Source: an uncultured Bacteroidaceae bacterium | GTDB taxonomy: Bacteria > Bacteroidota > Bacteroidia > Bacteroidales > SM23-62 | Direction of reading: 5' to 3' | DNA length: 64,000 nucleotides | NCBI GenBank assembly: GCA_964574985.1 | Contig: CAZNPH010000015.1 | Coordinates: 42,206 to 106,205, forward strand | Part shown: piece by piece, positions 56,353 to 64,000 of the stretch | Numbering within the stretch: the first letter of the stretch is position 1 | Layout: every line of letters starts with the position of its first letter | Notes under the pieces: model-generated | Seen by the model: the letters and a program-made list of their open reading frames with translations, nothing else | Told to the model about the DNA's origin: nothing | Database searches by the model: none | Program-made: the position numbers and the translations under genes

Positions 56353-58671
56353 GTGAACCCAGGTGATCTTTCAGCGGTGGAAAAAGAATTCATCCGCAGA
56401 TCGGACCGGAAGGAATTCAATGCAAGGGTCCGGTACATTACCGTTGAAAACTTTCCCAGACTCGGCATGCTCACATCTTTGCGTTTCCTGGAATGGGTTG
56501 CCGCCAATCCGGAGGGAGTTGTGAGTCTGCCTACCGGCAAAACCCCCGAGTATTTCATTCGCTGGACCAAATATTTTCTGGACAACTGGAATGATGCCAG
56601 ATGCACGGAACTCCGGAAGGAATACGGACTGGGCATTAAACGGAGACCGGTGCTGAACGGACTCCATTTTGTGCAGATCGATGAATTTTACCCGATCTCT
56701 CCTGTTCAGCATAACAGCTTTTATCATTATGTGCAACGCTTTTATATGGAGGAATACGGTCTGGATCCGGACAAAGCCTGTCTGATCAATGCCGATGAGA
56801 TACCCCTGGCCGGGAGCAGGAAGTACCGGGAAGTCTTCCCACAGAACAAGGTGGACCTGTCCCTGAGGTACCGGGAATGTGAAAGCGATCTGGAAAAGAT
56901 CCAGCAGGAGTCGGTTTTTATGATTGACAACTGGTGTTCCGAATATGAGGACAGGATCAGGGAGATGGGGGGCATCGGATTCTTTTTGGGCGGTATCGGT
57001 CCGGACGGGCATATTGCCTTCAATACAAGGGGCAGCGACCACCATTCGCATACCCGTCTGACATCCACAAATTTTGAAACCCAGGCGGTCGCTGCTGCCG
57101 ACCTCGGAGGCATCGAGATCTCCCGGTACCGGCTGGTGATCACCATCGGTCTGGAAACGATCACCTACAATCCGGATGCGGTGGCCATCATTATTGCGGC
57201 GGGCGAATCCAAAGCGGATGTGGTCAAACAGTCGCTTGAAAGCCCCGAAACGAATCTATATCCGGCCACTGCACTCCGGAAACTGTCAGGAAGCCGCTTT
57301 TTCCTGACCAGGGGAGCGGCATCGAAGCTGGAAGACAGCATCAGGAAATACTATTTGAAGGAAGACTGGGCCTTTGAGAAAACCAGCCGGAGCGTCATCG
57401 ATCTGTGTAAAAAGATCAATAAATTCGGTAACCGCATAAACATCGATGATCTGAGGGAAGATCCTTATTGCAGGAGAGTACCCAAACTGAGCGAAGAGAT
57501 TGTGGATCGGGTCCGGCAGTCGGTGGAAGAAAAGATCGCACGCGGACTGCGGGAGGAAAAAAACCAGCTTTTCCTGCACACCGGCCCCCACCATGACGAC
57601 ATCATGCTGGGCATGCTCCCCTTCATATCCGGCCATTTACGCTCTTCTTCCAACCGGTTTTGCTTTGCGGTGATGACTTCCGGATTTACCGCGGTGACCA
57701 ACAATTTTATGCAGGATATCCTGCAGAAAACCAAGGATTTGTTTGACCGGGGGCTGATCGAGATGACCGCTTATCCTGATTTTTTTGATCAGGGGTACAA
57801 GTACAAATGGGACAAGGACGTATACCATTACCTTGACAAGGTGGCCTCGGGAGACCGGGAGGGTATGCAACGGGGTCTTTCACACAGGGTCGTGCGCGCA
57901 TTGGTTGAAATATTTTCCGTACGGGATCGTGATGAACTGAGGGATCAGATCAATGAATTGTTGTCCATCCTGAGGAAAAGCTATGAGGGGGAAAGGAACC
58001 AGTCTTCCGTGCAACGGCTCAAAGGCATGATCAGGGAGTTTGAGGAAGAATTGGTGTGGGCTCATTTCGGTGTGCAGGTTAAAAATATCCGCCATCTCCG
58101 GCTCGGTTTCTATACCGGGGATATTTTCACCGAAGAACCCGAAAAATCCCGGGATGTTGAGCCCATCCTCGGTTTATTGCGCAGTCTGAATCCCACGGTG
58201 CTCAGCCTTGCTTTCGATCCCGAAGGCAGCGGCCCCGATACACATTATAAAGTGCTTCAGGCCATTGCGGAAGCCCTCAGGATCCGGGCAGGGGAAACGG
58301 ATCTTTCCGGTATGCGCATTTGGGGATACAGAAATGTCTGGTACCGTTTTCATCCTTCTGAAGTTGAGATCATTGCCCCGGCTTCCCTGAATTCACTTTC
58401 CGTTCTGAACGAATCTTTTAAGAATTGCTACATAACCCAGGTGGATGCTTCATTTCCCAGTTATCAGCATGACGGTCCGTTCAGCAGTTTATCCCGGAAG
58501 ATCATGGTCGAACAGATGAAGGATCTCCAGTTCCTCCTGGGTAAGGATTATTTTTATCAGAATGAGCATCCCAGGATCAGGGCGGCACATGGGATGGTAT
58601 ATGTCCGTGAGATGGAGCCCGGGGAATTCATGCAGTATGCCAGGAAGCTGAGAGAAGATATGGAGGGCTAG
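56353..58671 (+). CDS. Glucosamine-6-phosphate deaminase-like domain fused to a PIG-L/LmbE-like domain (long NagB-type protein)
   Basis: N-part: [22 protein letters not shown] and [12 protein letters not shown] (NagB/SugarP_isomerase fold). Middle: [15 protein letters not shown] (LmbE-like P-H-x-D-D motif). The GTG start at 56353 is uncertain because a TATATTTG box ends 2 nt before it. Confidence 0.7.
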   Translation: MNPGDLSAVEKEFIRRSDRKEFNARVRYITVENFPRLGMLTSLRFLEWVAANPEGVVSLPTGKTPEYFIRWTKYFLDNWNDARCTELRKEYGLGIKRRPVLNGLHFVQIDEFYPISPVQHNSFYHYVQRFYMEEYGLDPDKACLINADEIPLAGSRKYREVFPQNKVDLSLRYRECESDLEKIQQESVFMIDNWCSEYEDRIREMGGIGFFLGGIGPDGHIAFNTRGSDHHSHTRLTSTNFETQAVAAADLGGIEISRYRLVITIGLETITYNPDAVAIIIAAGESKADVVKQSLESPETNLYPATALRKLSGSRFFLTRGAASKLEDSIRKYYLKEDWAFEKTSRSVIDLCKKINKFGNRINIDDLREDPYCRRVPKLSEEIVDRVRQSVEEKIARGLREEKNQLFLHTGPHHDDIMLGMLPFISGHLRSSSNRFCFAVMTSGFTAVTNNFMQDILQKTKDLFDRGLIEMTAYPDFFDQGYKYKWDKDVYHYLDKVASGDREGMQRGLSHRVVRALVEIFSVRDRDELRDQINELLSILRKSYEGERNQSSVQRLKGMIREFEEELVWAHFGVQVKNIRHLRLGFYTGDIFTEEPEKSRDVEPILGLLRSLNPTVLSLAFDPEGSGPDTHYKVLQAIAEALRIRAGETDLSGMRIWGYRNVWYRFHPSEVEIIAPASLNSLSVLNESFKNCYITQVDASFPSYQHDGPFSSLSRKIMVEQMKDLQFLLGKDYFYQNEHPRIRAAHGMVYVREMEPGEFMQYARKLREDMEG

Positions 58672-59897
58672 TCCTTTTTGGGCTTTCGGAATTTCACCAG
58701 GTTCAGATAGTGTCCCATTTTATCCCTTTTGGTGATCAGGTATTTTTCGTTGTATTTATTGGGTTCGATCTCCAGGGGAATATTGTCCACGATCCTGATC
58801 CCAAAGCCTTCCAGACCTTTCCTTTTTACCGGATTGTTGGTCATCAGCCGGATCCTGCCCAATCCAAGTTCCCGCAGTATGCTGGCTCCCACACCATAAT
58901 CCCTCTCGTCCACCCTGAATCCCAGTTGAATATTGGCTTCCACCGTATCCAGTCCTTCCTCCTGAAGCTTATATGCCTTGATCTTGTTGACGAATCCGAT
59001 CCCCCTTCCTTCCTGGTTCATGTATACAATGGCCCCGCGGCCTTCCTTTTCAACTTTTTTCATGGCTTCGTGAAGCTGGGAACCACAATCACAGCGGCAG
59101 GAGCCGAATATATCCCCGGTAATGCAGGATGAATGGACCCTGACCAGGACCGCATCGTCTTTGCTCCATTTCCCTTTGATCAATGCAACATGCTCCAGTC
59201 CGTTCGACTTCTGAATAAAGGGGATCAGCCTGAAATGTCCGTATGTGGTGGGCAGATCGACTTCCACACCTTTGATGACGATCTTTTCAGTCTGCAGGCG
59301 GTATGCGATCAGGTCTTTGATGGTGACGATCTTCAATCCGAATTTCTCCCCGATCTTCACCAGTTCGGACAGTCTGGCCATGGTCCCGTCTTCGTTCATG
59401 ATCTCCACAAGTGCCCCCCCGGGTCGGAGTCCGGCCATCCTGGTCAGATCCACCGTGGCTTCGGTATGCCCCGACCTTCTCAAAACACCGTTCCTTTTTG
59501 CTTTCAGCGGGAAAATATGTCCGGGCCTGGCAAGGTCTTCCGGGCGGGTTACGGGATCGGTCAGCGCGTGAATGGTCTTGGCCCGGTCGGATGCCGAGAT
59601 CCCGGTCGTGCAACCGTGCCCGATCAGATCGACGGAGACCGTGAAAGCAGTCCGGTGCAAACTGGTATTGGACCCGGTCATCAGATGAAGTTCCAGCTCG
59701 TCACACCTTTCTTCCGGCAGTGCGGTGCATATCAAACCCCTTCCGTGCCTGGCCATGAAATTTACAATGTCCGGCGTGATCAGGTCGGCGGCTGCAATAA
59801 AATCTCCTTCATTTTCCCGGTCTTCGTCATCCACCACGATCACTGCTTTTCCCTGGCGGATATCGTGAACGGCCTCTTCGATGGTATCCAGTTTCAT
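58668..59897 (-). CDS. ribBA: Bifunctional 3,4-dihydroxy-2-butanone-4-phosphate synthase / GTP cyclohydrolase II
   Basis: [14 protein letters not shown] and [10 protein letters not shown] mark the RibB part. [19 protein letters not shown] and [10 protein letters not shown] mark the RibA part. I set the start at ATG 59897. Confidence 0.92.
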   Translation of the reverse strand: MKLDTIEEAVHDIRQGKAVIVVDDEDRENEGDFIAAADLITPDIVNFMARHGRGLICTALPEERCDELELHLMTGSNTSLHRTAFTVSVDLIGHGCTTGISASDRAKTIHALTDPVTRPEDLARPGHIFPLKAKRNGVLRRSGHTEATVDLTRMAGLRPGGALVEIMNEDGTMARLSELVKIGEKFGLKIVTIKDLIAYRLQTEKIVIKGVEVDLPTTYGHFRLIPFIQKSNGLEHVALIKGKWSKDDAVLVRVHSSCITGDIFGSCRCDCGSQLHEAMKKVEKEGRGAIVYMNQEGRGIGFVNKIKAYKLQEEGLDTVEANIQLGFRVDERDYGVGASILRELGLGRIRLMTNNPVKRKGLEGFGIRIVDNIPLEIEPNKYNEKYLITKRDKMGHYLNLVKFRKPKKD

Positions 59898-59901
59898 ATC
59901 C

Positions 59902-61077
59902 TCATCTTTCCTGTCTTCTTGTCGGTTGCCAGACATGTGTTTTTTCCTTTCTCGCATATTTGATGAAGCCTTTCAGCAAGGCGAGGTTCATATAGTAAAA
60001 ATGTGTAATAAAACGCAAAATTATAACATGTATGCCTATTTTCCTCATAAAAAGGTCGGCCAATGGCAAAAACATGATGAACAGCTGGACAAAAAAGCTT
60101 ACCTGGTAGAACCGGCCCTGCCCCAGCAGGAATATGTTCAGCAGCAGGATCAGCAGGATGATAAAGGGTCCGAGCCACCGGATCACTTTATGGGACAGAA
60201 AACTGAATGCAACTCCGCCAAAGGGGGGCCACAAACAATTACCAAACCTGGCCATGTTCTGGAAATTCCCTGCGGATATCCGCACCTTGCGGTGGAATTC
60301 CGAGCGGATATCGTCCGGAACCTCTTCATAACAAACGGCCCCTGTTTCCATGATGGCCTGTTTTCCCCGGCAGATGACATGCATGGTCATATAAAAATCG
60401 TCCACTGAGAAATTGTCCGGGACCGGACTGTACAATTCCTTCCTGATGGCATAACAGGCTCCGTATACACCCACCGTGGCTCCCCATATCCTTCCCTCCA
60501 TTTCCTTGAGCCGGATCTCCCTTGACATGAATGATCTTTCCTGAATGGAAATGCCGCTGATGCTTTCGCGGGTACTTTTGATGTTTGCACCCACAATGCC
60601 TGTATCGTTGTTCTTGAAATGCCTGACCAGCCGGTAAATGGTGCCCTCTGTAAAAATGGCCTTGGCATCGGTCAGGATCAGGATTGCCCCGGTGGCTTTT
60701 TCTGCAAGGTCGTTGATGACACTGCCCTTCCCCCGGCGTGATTCATACAGGAAGTAACGGATGCTGCCGTTTTTTCTGGCATAAAGTTCAATGATCCTGC
60801 CGGTCCGGTCGTCCGAACCGTCCGATCCGATGATCAATTCGATCTTGTCAAGGGGATATCCGGTATCGAATATGCTTCTGATCTTTTTAATGATGACCGC
60901 TTCTTCATTATAAACCGACATGATCACGGAAACCCGGGGCAGGTATTCCTGTTCGTTCCCATAGCATATCATGTTGCCGGTCTTTTTGACCGCCAGCATA
61001 CGGAGAATGAACGGGAAGAGCACATAGGAGTGAAAAAGCAATGCAATTGATGCCCAGAACAATATTTCCAATATCAT
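59902..61077 (-). CDS. Family 2 glycosyltransferase, membrane-integrated (processive-synthase-like topology)
   Basis: 391 aa with an N-terminal TM segment. [24 protein letters not shown] and [12 protein letters not shown] are present, followed by several C-terminal TM helices. Confidence 0.75.
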   Translation of the reverse strand: MILEILFWASIALLFHSYVLFPFILRMLAVKKTGNMICYGNEQEYLPRVSVIMSVYNEEAVIIKKIRSIFDTGYPLDKIELIIGSDGSDDRTGRIIELYARKNGSIRYFLYESRRGKGSVINDLAEKATGAILILTDAKAIFTEGTIYRLVRHFKNNDTGIVGANIKSTRESISGISIQERSFMSREIRLKEMEGRIWGATVGVYGACYAIRKELYSPVPDNFSVDDFYMTMHVICRGKQAIMETGAVCYEEVPDDIRSEFHRKVRISAGNFQNMARFGNCLWPPFGGVAFSFLSHKVIRWLGPFIILLILLLNIFLLGQGRFYQVSFFVQLFIMFLPLADLFMRKIGIHVIILRFITHFYYMNLALLKGFIKYARKEKTHVWQPTRRQER

Positions 61078-62273
61078 TGGATGTGTGATTTGTAAAAGGC
61101 CATAAGTTTTTTTGAGTTTTCGAAGTTATCAAAATTTTCCCGGACAAAACGAATGGCCTCCATCCCCAGTTTCCTGATCCTTCCGGGATCCTGAACAAGA
61201 TATGATATTTGTCTGAGCATTTCCCTGGCGGTGTCGGCGATAATGATATGCCGGTTGTTCTGTGCCGGTATGCCTTCGATCCCTTTTCTGGTGGTGATGA
61301 CCACCCTTCCGAGGGCCATGGCCTCAAGGATCTTTATCCTGATGCCGCTCCCCGAGAATACCGGTACGACCATGACCGGATGGCGGTTGATAAAATCGCG
61401 GGCATTTTCTATTTCTCCGTGAAAGGTAACCGGACGCTCATCCAGGAGTACGGCCGTTTTCTGGTCGGGATTCCTGCCGGCCACATGCACAGCAATGCCC
61501 GGAAAACGCTCCCGGATGGCGGGAAGGACTTCCCTGACAAACCATTTGAGTCCGTGCACATTGGGTTCCCAGTCCAGCGCACCGAGGTACCCTATGCTCA
61601 AATCCCTTTTCCACCGGGGCTCGGGATATTCCCGGGTGAGTCCGGCCGGAATGACCTGTGTTGGCCCTTTCCATCCCATGTCCGTGAATTTTTGCTCATC
61701 GGCTTCTGAAATGGGGATCAGTGCATCGATCCGGTCCAGCAAACAGGTTTCGAATCTGCGCAGCCGCCAGGCCAGATTCCTGAGGTAGGATTTTTTGCCC
61801 AAACCGGAGGTGGCCTCCGCCACTCCTCTCCATATTTCATGCTCCAGATTATGGGCCCTCAGTGAAAGGAGTCCGGAAAAATGTCTCCGGATCAGGGGGA
61901 TACAATACTGAAGGTACGGGCCTTCCATCTGAATGACATCGAAGTTTTCATTTTCAAGAAGACCGGCGAGGGTTTGCCGGTATTGAACTGACTCAAAACG
62001 GGTTGCGTTGTAGGGCTTTGCGGAAAAAAAGAAATTGCCCAGGGCGGCCAGCGGTTTTGGGGTGGTATCATGATCAACGCCCAACATGCTGACCGCAGAC
62101 CGGATCTTTTCGGGGATCTCTTCCGTTTTGCCCGGGTGTTTTTGTGTATTGATGGCCAGAAGCACTGCGTGATGGCCCAGCTGAGCCATTCCCCTGGCCA
62201 TGTTCAGGGTAGCCAGTGCCCCTCCATCTCTTGGAGGATAAGGAAATTTATTGGACAGAAGCAGCAGGTTCAT
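61074..62273 (-). CDS. Family 4 (GT-B) glycosyltransferase
   Basis: MNLLLLSNKFPYPPRDGGA and the C-terminal sugar-donor region PVFSGSGIRIKILEAMALGRVVITT are present. I chose the start at ATG 62273. Its stop overlaps the GT2 start (ATGA). Confidence 0.8.
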   Translation of the reverse strand: MNLLLLSNKFPYPPRDGGALATLNMARGMAQLGHHAVLLAINTQKHPGKTEEIPEKIRSAVSMLGVDHDTTPKPLAALGNFFFSAKPYNATRFESVQYRQTLAGLLENENFDVIQMEGPYLQYCIPLIRRHFSGLLSLRAHNLEHEIWRGVAEATSGLGKKSYLRNLAWRLRRFETCLLDRIDALIPISEADEQKFTDMGWKGPTQVIPAGLTREYPEPRWKRDLSIGYLGALDWEPNVHGLKWFVREVLPAIRERFPGIAVHVAGRNPDQKTAVLLDERPVTFHGEIENARDFINRHPVMVVPVFSGSGIRIKILEAMALGRVVITTRKGIEGIPAQNNRHIIIADTAREMLRQISYLVQDPGRIRKLGMEAIRFVRENFDNFENSKKLMAFYKSHIQ

Positions 62274-63765
62274 GTTTTTTGACGGTCTTTTTCCCAAATA
62301 TCCTGAACCACCGCAAATATTTTTTGGCCAGGTCGAAATAGGTGTCGATGTTCATGATGACCGAATCAGTTGTGGCTTTGTAGGTCAGGAAAACACCCAG
62401 GGGGAGAAGGATGAGTGAAGAGATCCACATTCCCTGGCAGGCAGGCAAAATGCTCTCGCGAACAAACTTCTCTCCGGTCAGGGAAATAATGTAATACAAC
62501 AAAAAGAAAAAAACCGAAACCACCACCGGCATGCCCAGTCCGCCTTTCCGGATGATAGCTCCGAGGGGTGCGCCAATAAAAAAGAAAATGAAGCAGGCAA
62601 ATGAAAGGGTGAACTTCCGCTGGATCTCGATCTGGTATTTCCGTAATCTTCTGATCTTTCCGTCGGAATTGGTGAAGCCTGAGCTGGAAAAATTCAATAC
62701 CGAACGGGCATGGTTCAGAGCGAGGGATATGATCTTTTTCTTATCCCGTACCGGAAGGGAAGCATAGAGACTGTCGGGGCTGACGGTCAGCACCGGTTTA
62801 CGGTCTTTTTGCAGGTTCGTGCTGTCCCTGCCGGGATCCCGGGATGAATTTTTAGGTTTGGGAATATGCAGGTAGCTTTTATTCCGGAGTTGCCTGTTCA
62901 ATTTGTCATATACGTGGCTGATCTGATCTTTCAGGGAATCTTCGTAATACTGCAGTTGTCCCAGGTTCATCATCTGGTAATGGCTTTTAAAAAGATCCTG
63001 GTCGGTGCGGACCAGGCCGAAGCCCGAAAGTTCGATCATCATTTTCTGCTCCATGAAGTGGTCCCTCCGGTGCGGGTAAGTGACCCGGCTGCGCCTTTTT
63101 TTATCGCTTTCCATCTCGGTATAACTATTCCCGCTGTATAATGTCAGGATCAGATAACGTTCGTCAGCAGACAATTTCATAATCCCCGAATCGGCCCGGG
63201 TAATGCTGACATTCCCTTTTCTTTCGGTGTGATCGTAAATCCGTATGTCATAAAGCATGTCGGTCCGGGAATCCTTTTTCCCGATCCGGATGCTGTAGCC
63301 CTCGATCCCATTGTAAAAAATGCCCTCCTTGATCTGCAGCTCGGGCCTCTGACGCTGTATGTCATATAACAGTGACCGCATTTTCAAATTGGATATGGGG
63401 AGCACGTTGTTGGAAAAGAAAAAAGCGCCAATGCTCAGCATGACCGTAAAAACGATCAAAGGCATCATGATCCGAAGCAGTGGAATGCCGGAGGATTTCA
63501 AAGCGATCAGCTCATAGTTTTCAGCCAGGTTGCCCATGGTCATTAGGGAAGCGAGCAGAATGGCCAGGGGGACGGCCATGGGGACCAGACTGGTGGATGT
63601 ATATATCAGCAGCTCCGCGATGACGGGAAATTCAAGCCCTTTTCCGACCAGGTCGTCGATATATCTCCAGAGAAACTGCATCAGAAGGATAAAGATCACG
63701 ATGACAAAAGTCAGCAGAAAAGGGCCGAGAAAAGATTTCAATATCAGGCGATACAATCTCTTCAC
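62248..63765 (-). CDS. LptF/LptG family permease (YjgP/YjgQ)
   Basis: 505 aa. ILKSFLGPFLLTFVIVIFILLMQFLW, a large periplasmic middle domain, and C-terminal TM helices are typical of Bacteroidota LptF/G. Confidence 0.8.
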   Translation of the reverse strand: MKRLYRLILKSFLGPFLLTFVIVIFILLMQFLWRYIDDLVGKGLEFPVIAELLIYTSTSLVPMAVPLAILLASLMTMGNLAENYELIALKSSGIPLLRIMMPLIVFTVMLSIGAFFFSNNVLPISNLKMRSLLYDIQRQRPELQIKEGIFYNGIEGYSIRIGKKDSRTDMLYDIRIYDHTERKGNVSITRADSGIMKLSADERYLILTLYSGNSYTEMESDKKRRSRVTYPHRRDHFMEQKMMIELSGFGLVRTDQDLFKSHYQMMNLGQLQYYEDSLKDQISHVYDKLNRQLRNKSYLHIPKPKNSSRDPGRDSTNLQKDRKPVLTVSPDSLYASLPVRDKKKIISLALNHARSVLNFSSSGFTNSDGKIRRLRKYQIEIQRKFTLSFACFIFFFIGAPLGAIIRKGGLGMPVVVSVFFFLLYYIISLTGEKFVRESILPACQGMWISSLILLPLGVFLTYKATTDSVIMNIDTYFDLAKKYLRWFRIFGKKTVKKHEPAASVQ

Positions 63766-63785
63766 GAATATAAAATTGAGTTCGA

Positions 63786-63891
63786 CATAAAATTATAAGC
63801 CTGTTTCAATATCAGCTCAAAGGTTATGATTCTTTGTTGCCGGCCTCCCGCAGGCCGTCTGTGGTTCTGGCCGGCGACCACCCCATTTGTA
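63786..63891. repeat. Intergenic ~105-nt hairpin module, copy B
   Basis: This is the twin of 51118-51222. The stem is GCCGGCC 63839-63845 / GGCCGGC 63869-63875 with a 23-nt loop. It starts 21 nt upstream of the LptF/G start codon. Confidence 0.8.
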
Positions 63892-63940
63892 AAACAAAAA
63901 CGTGAACAAGGATACAATATTTCATGCAGGCACAATCAAC

Positions 63941-64000
63941 TTAGAGTCCGATGCTGTGCTTGAGTTCGGCGATCTGGGTATCCCATAGCTCAATGGCATC
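63941..64000 (-). CDS. Last 19 codons of an unidentified minus-strand gene that starts beyond the window
   Basis: My own reverse translation gives DAIELWDTQIAELKHSIGL, then a stop (TAA, complement of 63941-63943). It is too short to assign a product. Confidence 0.3.
   Translation of the reverse strand, partial: DAIELWDTQIAELKHSIGL

Noticed and set aside
59898-59957. I looked for an FMN riboswitch upstream of ribBA.
   Set aside because: The upstream GT2 gene ends 4 nt before the preferred ribBA start, and the alternative upstream ATGs overlap it. A ~130-nt riboswitch has no room.
63979-64000. A tRNA-like D-arm string, TAGCTCAATGG, at the extreme right edge of the window.
   Set aside because: The 7 nt preceding the putative U8 (TATCCCA) make an unlikely acceptor stem. 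The bases after the D-loop (CATC) do not pair with GCTC. The region also reads as the C-terminus of a minus-strand ORF. It is too truncated to call.

Overview
The window is a chromosomal segment that looks like a Bacteroidota genome. The evidence is gene content (LptF/G permease, DUF1080, MORN-variant repeat proteins, beta-helix lipoproteins, Ser-type sulfatases, large glycoside hydrolases) and several TTTG / TAnnTTTG-type promoter boxes. All product calls come from motif recognition by eye on the supplied translations; no database search was run.

About 45 genes look intact:
- Housekeeping: dnaK, glnA, panB, fmt, ribBA, xseA/xseB, alr, apgM, a CCA-type nucleotidyltransferase, rtcB, dgkA, thioredoxin, an RluA-type pseudouridine synthase, and a cold-shock/RRM pair.
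- Glycan and sulfate-ester utilisation (1.5-23 kb): sulfatase, GH2, an esterase-lactonase fusion, an S9 peptidase, two large glycosidase-like proteins, DUF1080.
- A sigma-54 response regulator with its histidine kinase.
- An envelope block: LptF/G, GT4, GT2.

I recognised no rRNA, tRNA, CRISPR array, transposase, integrase or phage gene.

The most striking general property is gene decay. At least ten loci are truncated, internally deleted or frameshifted remnants: sulfatase, GH43, permease, FtsX permease, HlyD adaptor, MBL hydrolase, beta-propeller, an OMP and others. They are interleaved with intact genes.

I did not find a convincing new multi-gene system such as a defence, secretion or biosynthetic cluster. 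The best candidates for something undescribed are:
1. A ~105-nt hairpin-containing intergenic module present twice (51118-51222 and 63786-63891), each time just upstream of a minus-strand envelope gene.
2. A tightly packed operon of M20 amidohydrolase, GNAT, Orr/YhfX-like racemase and alanine racemase.
3. A thioredoxin, orphan SBP and trypsin-like gene trio in which the protease appears to lack the canonical His and Asp.
4. An unusually AT-rich, repeat-laden region upstream of glnA.
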